DNA from: Schizochytrium sp. TIO01
Lineage: Eukaryota; Protista; Bigyra: Labyrinthulomycetes
Direction: 5' to 3'
Length of the DNA stretch: 64,000 nucleotides
Assembly (NCBI GenBank): GCA_004764695.1
Contig: SMSO01000036.1
Location: forward strand, 310,001-374,000
Shown here: positions 30,355 to 42,434 of the stretch, piece after piece
Layout: each line of letters opens with the position of its first letter
Position numbering within the stretch: the first letter of the stretch is position 1
Notes under the pieces: generated by a model
What the model was told of the DNA's origin: nothing
Database searches by the model: none
The model's input: the letters and a program-made list of their open reading frames with translations, nothing else
Program-made: the position numbers and the translations under genes

Positions 30355-33300
30355 ATCTCTCTCTATATATACACTTTTGTATGATATACACACATTGTAA
30401 GTCTTTAGAGTAGCGCTGAAATGCTTTTAATGCTAAGCAAACTTTACGTCATCATCCTTGTCTTGTCTTTGTTCGTCATAAATTATTCATGGTTCCTCTT
30501 GATGGAAATCTCTGATATAAGCACTATGTAGCCAACACCTCTTGAGTAAGGCAAAGGTTTACTTTGATAGTCTTACGTGCGTGCTTCTACAGGATGATGT
30601 GTTATTGTGATACAGACTAGGTTTTAAAAAAGGGGATGTCAAATTCGGGACTTGAAGATTGGATCAAATCGCAAGGTGAAGAACGGTGAACCTTTCTTTA
30701 GTCTATTACGCAAAGAAGTCTCCCAGCTTCATTATCCTGTCGATGCCTAGCTAGTTTTTGGTTCTGACTTGCAAAGAAAAATGCTATTTTCACAATGTAG
30801 TTTGTTTGAACTAAGGGAAACTGCTCAGAAATGGTTACACCAAATCTGTGTAGTGAGACAGCTTAATTTATTCCATCTCGTTTTTTTTTTGTTTTTCTGG
30901 TTTTTTTTTTTTTGTTTTTTTCTGCAAAAGTATACTTGCTTTCGTGAACATGATTGCTATCAAAGCTCACGAGCGCGCAAGAGGGCTTTAGCTTGCGCCT
31001 TCTTCTCATATACATCCGCATTTGCTCTGTCACCAACGTACAGATAGCACACGTTTGTTGCCATCAGATTCTTCATCCCTTCCAAAGCCATCTCTTATCC
31101 CAAGGTTTACACGTGCTCCTTGCATTAGATACGCTTCGTGAAAATGATCTTTCACCTCCTAATCAGATTTGAGAGCGCCGTTACGTTACCACCTACGAAT
31201 GCTCCTTCCCCACGTAGTACGCGCTCCCGGACCCAACTCATTCTTTTAAGATTCTCTTAGTGGACTCAAGCCGAAGCGATCGCTCATCTGACTACTACTA
31301 CCTGACCACGTGGAGGCCTAGTAGTGCGCCTAATTGTAGCTAATGATAGCTAATGACAACGGACATGGATGTGCCGGGGAAACGATGAAAGCACCGACTC
31401 CCACAGCTGCGGAAAGAGTCTGAGAGGGGTACCAAAGCTTCCTCCCAGGTTCAGAGAGCCCTGAACTCCCGAACTTTTCCAGAGTCCAAAGAGGCGCACT
31501 CAGTTTCCCCGTCACTAAGTTCCTCAGCAGGTATTCCCTCTCAAGTATTACAACTCCTTACTGTGTGGCCTTCTCCTTATACCCCCACAGTCAGGTACAG
31601 CCTTGACTTGTCTTCGCTGTTTCAGGGTTTTCCTTTTCGTTCCATTTCTTTAAAAAAAAAAAAATAAAGAAGAGGAGTTACTCGTATGAAATGCGTTAAT
31701 TCCCATCGCGTTCATCATCATCGATTCAGGATCGTCATTATCATCATCTACCTCGACGAGAACAACTTATAGATGGAAAGTGCGTGTTTAATGAACATAA
31801 ACAGGCCTACGTCGAACAAGAGTCACGGGGCTTTTTAGTTTTCTTATCATGAGATTGCAGACCTTGGCTCAAGGCATTTTTTTAAAAGGTATTTTTTTTT
31901 TAATTTTAAAATTAAAAAAATAAATAAAAAAATTATAAATCTATGAATTCCAATTTTTTAAAATTTAGAACTAAATAAGTTCTCAGTATAATATGTACAT
32001 TATCGGCTGACCTGAAGGCAGCTGGAATCTTGCTTCAAGTCTGTTTTGTATTGGCGCTGTTTGCAAACATCCTTCTTCCTCTTCGTCTAAAGTTTCTCCC
32101 AGGTTTGCTGGGCAGTTATCTATCTATATTGAACCTTCACGCTGAAGTTTTATTTCCTTCGGCAGGAATTTATTATCGTAGAAATACTAGGCAGTAAATA
32201 GGAATAGTCAGAGGGGACACCATGTACAATTACCACAACCTTGCGCATCCTTCTACCCTTTATAATAGGATCATGTAGGGGGAAGGGGGGTCCTTAAAAT
32301 GACTGCCTTCGTATAAACTAAAAGAAAAGATTCATGGCACAAGTTCTTCGATTCGTTGCAGGATCTCCGGTCGAGGCTTCAAGGTACAGTTATGATCGAG
32401 GGGGCTTTCATTGTGCGTGCAGGCGACGCTTCAATGGCTCTAGATGGCGGAGCGAGCGAGCAGGGGCAGAACACGCCTTCGACTCTGCCTGCTTGTGCCG
32501 AGAGCACGTGAGAGCTTTTCAGAGGAGTCATGGGCTCATTCTGGCAGGGCATAGAGTGCCAAGCTGCAGTGCAGCGCTGTGCTGGGGATCCTGATGCTGG
32601 CTTCGGCCTGGACCTTGCCGTGGGTTCCTCGACATATTTGCTTGCTAGCACCTGCTGCCACTGCCACTGCTTGGATAGATGCGTGCGTGCAGGCAAAGTG
32701 GACAGCATGTCACATCCATCGAGATCACTGCCATCATGAGTGCGTTGGCGAAGGGAAACCAGGCTACCAGAGTGGTGAGAACTCTATCTTGAAGCTATTG
32801 CAGCTTGGACCTTGGCCATCGTTGACGCGTAAGCTGCACGAGTAAGATCTCCTCACAAACAGTTCCCACTCTTGAACGGCGATTCTTCATGCTTTGCCAA
32901 TTCGGGCTCTTGGTCGCGAGGACGAAACTCGCTGCGTGAAACGCCAAGTTCATGAAACGCGGATGGACTGTGATGGTCCTGCATCATCGCACGATCTCGA
33001 ATATATAAACAAACATGCAGCTGCAACTCGAGAATCCTGGCGTGCTTCACTTCGAACTCGTTCCACACAAGTCGAGGCAAAGGATCAAGTGAAGCAAGCA
33101 CACGGCACCGTAATCTGGAGTGAGTGCAGGCAGGTCCTGCACGATCTTCATAGACCATAGTATCGCGCACTCACGCAAGCAAATTGACTGTCGCACCAGT
33201 GTAGTGCAGTGTGTGCCCTATAAATGAATAATACCTATTGTTCATGATTCCATCCACTACCTACTTGCCATCATCATGATTCATAACGATGGTGTGAACT

Positions 33301-33607
33301 CCAATTGGATGTAATTTGCACTCACTTACTCGCTCACTCACTTACTCGCTCATTCATTCATCCACTTCTTCAATGGCATCCGACAGCCGCTCTTGAAGAC
33401 GAGCGAGGAGCTGCTGCCTCTCCCCCAAATCAGCTCTCAGCAAAGAAATAACTATTCGTGCCCTCCACTCCACTTTCCCGCTCTCCTTTCGACTCAGCGC
33501 CATCCACCGCCTATATATGTGCAGGTGTCCAATACAGTGCCTCCAAGTCAGTGTTCCCAACGTGTTTCGAACAGAAGAGAGAACAACCAAATGAAAAGAA
33601 ACCAATA

Positions 33608-34090
33608 AACAAACAAACAAACAAACAAACAAACATAGAGAGAGACGAAGAGGACGACGCAGACGTGGGTCCCACAAATCGGCTGGGTCCCACTGCCTCT
33701 CCTTCTTCCCGCCTTCTTCGCCGCTTCTTCGCTGACTCAGCGCGGCCTCCTACCCTTTACCCTAGCAGGCCCTACCACCGGCACTTCCCATCGGCGGCAC
33801 GCGAAAAGCAAACAAAACAGACCCTGGCAAACCAAAGCAGAGCAGAGCAGAGCAGAGCAGAGCAGAGCAGAGCATCCAACCAATAAGCAAACAGAGCAGG
33901 CTTCTCCTTCTTTCTCTCCTGCCTGCCTGCCTGCAGAATCCTGAAGGCCCACCAAGTTTGAGGTCGCGAGGATTGACAAACAACTGAGCTCTATTACGCA
34001 CACGCGCCACATACATACATACATACATACATACATACATACATACAATCATACACACATATATACATACATACAAACATACATACATAC
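33608..34090. repeat. Cluster of (CAAA)n, (AGAGC)n and (TACA)n microsatellites
   Basis: Runs at about 33608-33634, 33836-33873 and 34009-34090. Confidence 0.9.
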
Positions 34091-34761
34091 TTCGACTTCT
34101 TCAGAGAAAGAACTTAAAGGACCCAAGGAACTTAGAGAACTCAGAGTAAGAGAGAAAGAGAGAAAGAGCTTGAATACTCAGGAGAGAGCTTGAAGCAGGA
34201 AAGAAAGCAGCGCCCAATTGATTACTTAGCTCCTAGCTGAGTTGGCAAACAACCAAGCAGTTCACTGAAAGAAAGTCAACAACCAATCCACTGACTAAAT
34301 TCCTGACACCCATATCTGCTAGGAGGAGGGTAGGTGAGATCATGGAGGTGGAGAAAGAGCGCGAACAAATAAACAGCAAAAAGAAAGAAAGAAGGAAAGA
34401 AAGAAAGAAGGAAAGAAGGAAAGAAGGGAAGAAGGGAAGAAAGACCTCCTTCTTTCCTTTCCTTTTCTTTCTTTTTGCTCCAAAAGACCGCCTCCAACAC
34501 GACATGTCCAGGCCCTCCGACCCTCGAGTTGCCGTCTCACCCGCAAGCTTCCTGGAAAGAAAACTCTCCGTTCCAATCAAACGTCTCAGGCTCCCTGTTC
34601 TGTTCCAAACCAGCGAGCCGTTCCTCGTTCCTTCCGGTGCTCCCAGAGGGTCGTTATGGCCTGCTTGTTGGCCAGCTAGGTACGCCAGTCGCTTGTCCCG
34701 GTAGGTCCTGTCTATTCCAAATGGTAGCAGTGCCGCTCTTATTGTTGTTGGGTGAGAGTGG

Positions 34762-34762
<1 letters not shown>

Positions 34763-34808
<46 letters not shown>

Positions 34809-35103
34809 ACTTTCTTACTTTCTTACTTTCTTTCGTTCTTTGTTCGAGTTCTTTCTTTCGTTCTTGCATCCATCCTTCTGTTGGCTGCTTTGCCAACTGA
34901 CTGCTTTGTCACTGCTTTCTCTTCTGTTGTGATAATCGAATAGCCGAACCGTAGAACAGTGTCGGTTGAGCGGCTTCAACTGCATTCGCAAGTGCCACAA
35001 ACATAGGCACACATCATTCATTCATTCATTCATTCATTCATTCATTCATTCATTCATTCATTCATTCATTCATTCATTCATTCATTCATTCATTCAATCA
35101 TTC
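34763..35103. repeat. (TTTC)n and (TTCA)n microsatellites
   Basis: Runs at about 34763-34830 and 35014-35103. Confidence 0.9.
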
Positions 35104-36478
35104 ACTCAATCACTCACTCTCCATAGTGTGCAATGCATGAATAAGTAAATAAATAAGTAAATCAATAACTCAATAAATAACTCAATAAATAAATTAATAA
35201 TAACGCGCGCCAGGAGTAGGACCCAGATATCCCTTACGGTAGCAGTGGGTGCTTGCTTGCTTGCTTGCGCTGGACGCGACGCGATGAGAACGGAGGTGGG
35301 CGGAGAGAACGGAACACTTGGCGAGGGGAGGGAGACCACGGCCTCATGTCCTCTGGGGTGGAGAACGGAAAGGAACGGGTCAGGGCTGCGGGACCGAGGG
35401 AGTGTTCAAGAAGAACAACAGACAACTCGCTGCTTGCATTTGTAGTTGATGGTGTGGAGCAACTAAAGCTCTGCCGCGGTCTTGAGGTGGTAGTGAAAGC
35501 GGTAGAGGCGGCGGTAGCAGTGCGCACCCCGGAAGTGAAACAAATGCGCAGGAGGGTTTGATACGGGTATAGTAGGAGGTATTCGAGTTATTCCGAGGAT
35601 GAGAGCGGCTGTGCGAGCGCTTAAAAGCTACGGGATTAGTATGGAGGGTCTCCCGAAATTGAGGAAAAGAAAAGAAAAGAAAAGAAATGAGAGAAAGAAA
35701 GAAAGAGAATGAAAGAAAGAGCTTAAGCTCACTTGCTGCTTGACAACAGCAGGACACCGACCCGACCTCTGCTGCCTTCAAGCTGCGGCAGGAGGCGTCC
35801 GCCTTGACGCCCCGGGCGCTCGCCAGCCCCCCGACGCTACCCCCCGTCTCCCCGCCGCGTGCCTGGCACGAGGTCTTCTGTCGGCTCTGCTCTGCTCTGC
35901 CTCGGAGCTCCAGATTGATCTGGTCGATTCGATTGATTTTCAAACAAACAAAGAAACAAAGAAACAAAGAAACAAAGAAACAGAGAGAGAGAAATAGAAA
36001 CATTTGAGATCGACTGACTCTTCAAAACCTCTTTAAGCAAAGCTGTTCACAGCACGGCAACAGCAAAGCCGCACCCCCTGAAGCAAAACCCGAACGAGGC
36101 CTCCCTGCTGACCTCTTCGCGACAACTGCACCGCGACCAAAGCCAGCCAGCCAGCCATCCAGCCAGCCAGATAGATAGCTAGATAGCTAGCTCGCTCGCT
36201 CGCTCGCCTCGAGGACCGTTGCTCCGCGCCGGAATCAAGTTGACTTTCTTTCTTACTGCGTAAACTAGGCTGGACTTGTTAGATTGATCGGCACAGATCA
36301 GATCAGATCGGGTCGGCGACAAGGAGCGAGAGAAACTCGAACGCCGGGTTGGAACGTGAACTTAGGGCTGGGATAGACTCGGATCCATTTGCACTTGGGT
36401 CCTGCTAGAGCTAGAGATCGCCGAGCAAGTTCGTGCGAAGGAAGTACTATAACATATAAAAGCGCCACAACAACAAAG

Positions 36479-37030
36479 ATGTCCACGGCAAACAACAACA
36501 GCAGCCAGGAGGCAGCCCCTTGCCTGGAGGACTCGTGCTCGTTCCATGGATCCTCGAGCTACGCTGGGTACTGCTCAGTTTGCTACAAGAAGAAGATGAG
36601 CGACAAGGCCGCCCTGGGCGCCACAACTAGCGCAGCACCCCAAATTCCCGCCGCTTCCGCCGAGGAGCGCGTTGTAGAGCCTGAGATTTCTAAAAAGCGC
36701 AGTCTCGAAGTTGCTGTGCCCAAGGAGGAGAAGATTGTTAGTGAGGAGATCAAGAGCAGCGCTGAAAAGGCGGACGCCATCATGACCACAGAAGACAAGG
36801 AGGAGGAGCCCATCCAGGAGCGCCCCGTCCAAAAGAAGCGCAACCGCTGCTGGGAGTGCAGAAAGAAGATCGGTCTCACCGGCATTGAATGCAGGTGTGG
36901 ATACGTTTTCTGCAGCATGCACCGCTATGCCGACCAGCACAGCTGTGACTTTGACCACGGTGCGCTTGCTCGCAAGCACCTCGCCGCGGAGAACCAGGGC
37001 GCCCAGGCCAAGAAGTTGGAGGCTATCTAA
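36479..37030 (+). CDS. A20/AN1 zinc-finger protein (ZFAND5/6 or plant SAP type)
   Basis: A20 finger CLEDSCSFHGSSSYAGYCSVCYKK and AN1 finger RCWECRKKIGLTGIECRCGYVFCSMHRYADQHSCDFD; ATG at 36479. Confidence 0.95.
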   Translation: MSTANNNSSQEAAPCLEDSCSFHGSSSYAGYCSVCYKKKMSDKAALGATTSAAPQIPAASAEERVVEPEISKKRSLEVAVPKEEKIVSEEIKSSAEKADAIMTTEDKEEEPIQERPVQKKRNRCWECRKKIGLTGIECRCGYVFCSMHRYADQHSCDFDHGALARKHLAAENQGAQAKKLEAI

Positions 37031-38133
37031 ACCATATCAGATGGCAACGATGACCCTTCGTCCTCTTCTAGCAACGCGTTGCACGCTTCTCCTCAAGGTT
37101 CGATGAGTGAAAAACACAAACGTTACGATATGTCACGGACTTTTGTTTTCTTTGCATACAAACACAAATCACACCACACATAGCGCGACAACTCTTATTC
37201 GACAGCTTTGTACATTGTCCGTGACGCCATACCAACTCTTCGCAAACTTTAATTGATGCCCATCGCTAGTCTGTTGATAATTAACAGCCCGAAAGAGGCG
37301 TTCTGTATATCACAAATTCTTTACTACTGCATAATTCAAAGCAACAACCTTTAAACCCCTTTTCTTCACATTTCGAATTCAAATCTTGTCCTCTTTATAA
37401 TGTTGCATCTACTGCAACAATTTCTCTTTTCCAATGCGAACAAAGCCATACAATTTCGAGTGTGAAGATTAAGACCGTCTCGACATCACACAGTTCAAGG
37501 AATCTCAAATCAAATGCCGACTTTTGACAAGTCCCAAGGAAAAAATTAATTGAAGGTTTTCGCGCTTATTCCAGTTGTTTAAAAATACAAGATCCACAAC
37601 ACGCATCCTGACAGCGATGTATCTTATTGCCGTCCCTCCTCCTCCCCTCTTTTCATGGGCTCAAGACTATCATGAGCGCAGCCATATATATATATATATA
37701 TATATTTATAATGGCATGGGTAACTCAGCTGTGTCATGAAGTTTCATCGCCTCAAGCGGCAAATATCATGATCAGAGCTCAAATAATGCCTCCAAAAGAA
37801 GCTGAGCTCTTGTCGTTTGATTATATAGACCCAATCAAACAACTTTCTGTTCAAAGCGCCAATGCTGTTCATTTTCTCTGTTATTATTGCGTGCTATCAA
37901 TTGCAATCAGCGTCATACACCCAAAGCGGCGAGGTCTGAGCGTGAACAACATTAAATTTGGTGCAAAACGTGGTCGTACGTAGGCTTGCATCTAAAACTT
38001 CTTTTAAATGAATAAATTAATTAAAATCTACTCGAAACAAAATCCACCATTGAAAGTATGAAACGAACACACAATATTTATAGTTTCAATATGTCTGGAT
38101 ACCTATCAAGATAATTCTACCTACAAATTAAGA

Positions 38134-39387
38134 TCAAAGTTCAATGTGTTCTCCACCGCTCTCAGCTCCTTGCTGCTGCTTGTTCGCAGCGTCCTGCTCC
38201 TCCATCTTACGAAGCTCATCGAGTTGACGCTTCACCTTCGCCTGACGCTCTTTGAGCTCACCGGCAGTTGTCACTGTAGCGCGGTCACCCAAAATTTTCT
38301 GAAGAGCTTCAATACCGCCTTCTTCAACAATCTTCTGCATGGCTTCTTGGTCAAGTCCGGCTGGCATACCTCCGCGTGCCTTCTTTTGCTGAGCTGCTGT
38401 GCGATATGTATATCCAGAAGACTTGCTGCGTTCGCCAATACTCTTTGCGCACCGAACACCAGTGTTGGTTGATGCGCTGTCCTCTGTGTTGCCCATGCGT
38501 GTATTGAGATCCACTTTGTGGTTTGCAGACCCATCAATCGTGTCCAAGAATGATCCTCCCCTCAAGACGCGCTTGACAGCTTCTCCTTGCTGCTGCGCAT
38601 CCTGCTTCATGGCCTCCGGTGTCATCTCATAGTATTTCGTTTTAGTCCATTCCCACACGTTGCCAAGCACGTCATAAAGTCCAAAGTCATTTGGTGGAAA
38701 TGCCTGCGCAGTGTTCATGGTGGCGAACCCATCCTCCTCCAAGTTGGACTCCGGAAACTCGCCTTGCCATACATTGAGCGGCCATACTGGCTCACTCTTG
38801 GTCCAGGGTTGATCATCGCCCCATGGATATCTTCTTTCCGAGAGACCTCCGCGTGCTGCGAATTCCCATTCGCTCTCCGACGGCAATCTGAGTCCTCGCC
38901 AAATGCAGTACGCCTTGGCATCATTGTAGCTCAAGTGGCCAGCTGTGTGATCCAGCTTGTCCTGAATGCCAGACCCGGGGCCATCAGGCTGTCGCCAGTA
39001 AGCCTGGGGAACAGCAAGCCAATGCGAGGCATCCTTAACTTGGCTTTCGGAGAGCTCTCGAGCACGATCTGTGGCATGGTAGTCGAGTACGAAGGACCAT
39101 CCAAACTTTTCGGAGTCGGTCTTGTACTTCGTGGCTCTCACGAACTCCCTAAACTCCCGGTTGGTAGCAGGCCACTTGTCAATGCTGAAGGAATCAACAT
39201 GGACCTTTTGCGGGGGGAGATTCTGCGGGTTCAAGGTTTTATCGACGGAGTTGCCCATAACGAAGTCGCCGCCGTTCAGAGTCACCATGTTCGCCTCGAA
39301 AGGGTCATTCTTCGCCGAAGAAGACGCAGCGTTACAAGTGCCAGCCGCAAGGCACACCACGAGATAGGCCGCTACTAGGAATCTCAT
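38134..39387 (-). CDS. SUMF2: Sulfatase-modifying factor 2-like (inactive formylglycine-generating enzyme paralog), ER-luminal
   Basis: Signal peptide MRFLVAAYLVVCLAAGTCNA (ATG at 39387). FGE motifs RLPSESEWEFAARGG and NDFGLYDVLGNVWEW. The active-site region RGGSFLDTIDGSANHKVDLNTRMGNTEDSASTNTGVRCA lacks the SUMF1 cysteines and matches the SUMF2 pattern. C-terminal HIEL. Confidence 0.85.
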   Translation of the reverse strand: MRFLVAAYLVVCLAAGTCNAASSSAKNDPFEANMVTLNGGDFVMGNSVDKTLNPQNLPPQKVHVDSFSIDKWPATNREFREFVRATKYKTDSEKFGWSFVLDYHATDRARELSESQVKDASHWLAVPQAYWRQPDGPGSGIQDKLDHTAGHLSYNDAKAYCIWRGLRLPSESEWEFAARGGLSERRYPWGDDQPWTKSEPVWPLNVWQGEFPESNLEEDGFATMNTAQAFPPNDFGLYDVLGNVWEWTKTKYYEMTPEAMKQDAQQQGEAVKRVLRGGSFLDTIDGSANHKVDLNTRMGNTEDSASTNTGVRCAKSIGERSKSSGYTYRTAAQQKKARGGMPAGLDQEAMQKIVEEGGIEALQKILGDRATVTTAGELKERQAKVKRQLDELRKMEEQDAANKQQQGAESGGEHIEL

Positions 39388-40074
39388 CGCAAATCTCCTC
39401 CCAAGGGCTTCTGCGAAAGGGTTCTCAATCCCAAGCTCTATTGAGTTTATGCTTTTTAAGTCTTTCCTCAATCTCGAGAATCCTTTTTGACCGACCGATT
39501 CTGTACTTTGGACAAAGGGTTTCTTCTCTCTTTCTTTCTTTGATTTCCAAAGAAAAACTTTTTAGACTTCTCCATATCGGCTAGTAGTAGCTATTTAAAA
39601 CAAATAGAGTAAATAACTTTTTAAAAGTAAAGGCTAGCATGGACTAAGTAGCGCTATCTATTCACTACTTATTCGGCTCAATTAGTGATAGGTCATAGCG
39701 TAGTTCTACTGGCTGTTCCAAACTGACAAGGTGGCACTACAAATTCAGAAAAGAACAAAAGGGTGCTGATGAAGGCTGCAGATGGAGGAAAGAACACAGA
39801 ACAAATACGGAAACAAAGCCGGTCTTTCATTCAGTGGTCACATAGAACCTGGGAGTAAAAGGGAAGGTTTTAGTCCTTTGTACGTTAGTTGTTTGAACGA
39901 TGAACAACTGGGCTTCAATGAGATGAAACGAAGAGACCTGACAGAAGACACAAAACAAGACAGGTGCCATTGGGTAGAAATTAGCAGGTAGCCTTGAGTG
40001 GACAGGCGGGAGCTGAGCTGATCTACACGTTGAAACTATTCTCTGTTCTAGTTCTGATAATTTTGCAGGCCGCC

Positions 40075-40290
40075 ATGGCGAACAAAAATACCAAGGCCAA
40101 ACGGCGACAACAGCAGCGGCAGGCGCGACAGAAGCAGCAAAAAGAGGATGCTACGAGTATACCTGGTAACCAAGAAACAAATGAAAATGATCAACTTGCT
40201 GTACAAAAGCAGGACCGAAGTGGCGATATTGACCGTCAAGAAGAATCAGTGATTTCTTCCTCGCGTTCTTTATCATCATCATCATCATCA

Positions 40291-40322
<32 letters not shown>

Positions 40323-42008
40323 TTTAAAAAAGAGATTAAAGGAACGCAACCTACAGCCGATCCCAAGCTTGTCAGGGATGGGTCATGGAGCACAGGATTA
40401 CGAACAAAGTATATGATGCTTGGGAAAGCTGAATGGTGGTGGATTTTTGACGATGCAGTAGAGCAAATAGCAAAGAAATTAGACAAGGATAACTTTGTTA
40501 TTTTGGACGGCTTTCTGGGCCAGGACCTTGCGGTTGAACTTCACCAAGAACTTTTTCGAGCTTATAGAGCAGGGAAGTTACCTGAGACGCGCCATGAGAT
40601 GATCGGCTGTCCTCGAATGGAACCTGGCGCTCTTGCAGGAGGACAGGCTGGGACAAGCCTAACATACCGTATGAAATCAGTGCGAGGGGACCACGTTGCG
40701 TGGTTCGATGGCAAGGAGTCAGCTTGCAAATGGCGTGTATTGCCCATGTATCTACAGAGGATGGATACCATGGTTTCTGAGCTTGCAGAGCACCTTCCCA
40801 ATCTCTCAGGTACGGGGGCTCTTCGTTCGAATGCAATGGCCACCTGCTATCCAGGAAGTGGTGCTCATTATGTGCGCCACTGTGACAATACATCAGAAAT
40901 TCGTAATGGGCGCCGTCTCACAGCTTTATTTTATGTCAATCCGCTTTGGAAATCAGGCGATGGAGGTGAGCTCCGCATGTTTGCACCGCAAATGGCAGAC
41001 TTACCGCCTGAGGATGACCGCGCATACACTGCTATTGCTGATATTTCGCCAGTGCTAGATCGAGCTGTATTATTCTATGCGGATGAGCGCTGTCCCCATG
41101 AAGTATTACCCACAATCAAAATGAGGTTCGCAGTGACTACATGGTACTTTGACAAAGAAGAAAAGCTTGCTGCCAACCAAGCCAAAACAGACGAAACACG
41201 CCTAAAGTCAGAAATGGAGCGTACGCAACGTGAGATGGCAAAGTTTCAAGCAAAGTACGGCGAACTTCCCGAAGTAGTCTCTTCTTTAGTAGAGAAAAAT
41301 AGAATCGCAGATGCTGATTCAGATGATGGAATTGAGGATTCTGAAAACTCCGCGAACTCTGGACAACCTCAAACAGATGTGGTGGTAGATGAGGCAGATC
41401 TGTTAAAGAATGGTATTAATGAGGATGAATTGCTACAGACTCTAGACTCTGCTGTGAAAACCCTAGACGAGCTTATCCAGCAGCATGAAGCGTCAAATGA
41501 TGAAAATGAGATTAAAGATAGGGAACCAGTTGAAGAGAAATGCTTTACGAGTTCTACTTCAAAGTCTATTTTGGAAGATGACACTGAAAGTGATGTTAAA
41601 AAAATGCAAGGAGAGGAAATGAGTAGCAGAGAGATCAAAACTCTTTCAAAGTCCCATCAAAGTCAAGAAGAGCGGGGAGGTCTTGGCAGGTATCAAATGG
41701 CCAATGGCGAAGCAAAGGGAACAAGGCAACCTGAGATTAGTTGTTATGAAGGATCTCCTGAAGAGCCAGGTCAAGTACAACCAGTAGATGAAGCAAAAAG
41801 AACGTCAGAACGATACAGCCAAAACACAGAACCCACTTCTTTCGAAAATAAGCATACTCCAAATAATGGTGATAAGGAGAGTCGCATACTGAGTCCTCAA
41901 GACCATGACCTATCTATTGTAGAGCCTAATACTGCTCGAGAACCTACAAAGGTTGACGCTTCACAGCTTCCTAAAAAACCAAGCCAAGAAATTTGGGACC
42001 TCGATTAA
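40075..42008 (+). CDS. EGLN/PHD-type 2-oxoglutarate-Fe(II) prolyl hydroxylase; one frame change at about 40320
   Basis: VRGDHVAWFDG, AMATCYPGSGAHYVRHCDN (HxD), RRLTALFYVN, GGELRMF and PHEVLPT...RFAVTTWYFD (distal His, 2OG-binding Arg). The frame of ORF 40413-42008 is open upstream into the poly-Ser tract of the ORF starting at ATG 40075. Confidence 0.88.
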
Positions 42009-42434
42009 GGAGGTGTGTAGGTATAGGATTAAGTACATCATATTGTATACGTTTCATCTCCTTTTATCTTATATCAAAAGCATGTCTTGATTTCAATTCC
42101 TAAATGCTTTATCTACAATATATATGTTGCAAATAGTTCCGAAGCGGAGCTGTCAGCCAATACAGCAAATAATAATACTAGATTGGAAAGGTTTGACCAA
42201 CATAAATCGAATGGAGGAGGAGGAAAAGGATACTAGCAAATGTGTAATGCGATGTATGTAAATGTATGTACGTGTATGTATGTATGTTATTTTTTCTTTT
42301 GTTTTGCATTAGTTTTATTTATTAAGGTCGGGCTCCAGGCACGAAATGGGCTCAGAGACATAAGGGGCATCGTCGGTTTAGTGTGTGTTCATATATGGGT
42401 TGATAAAAGGAGGACAAAAGGTCAGTCCTAGCAT

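Noticed and set aside
38587-39378. 263-aa plus-strand ORF
   Set aside because: Antisense shadow of the SUMF2-like gene
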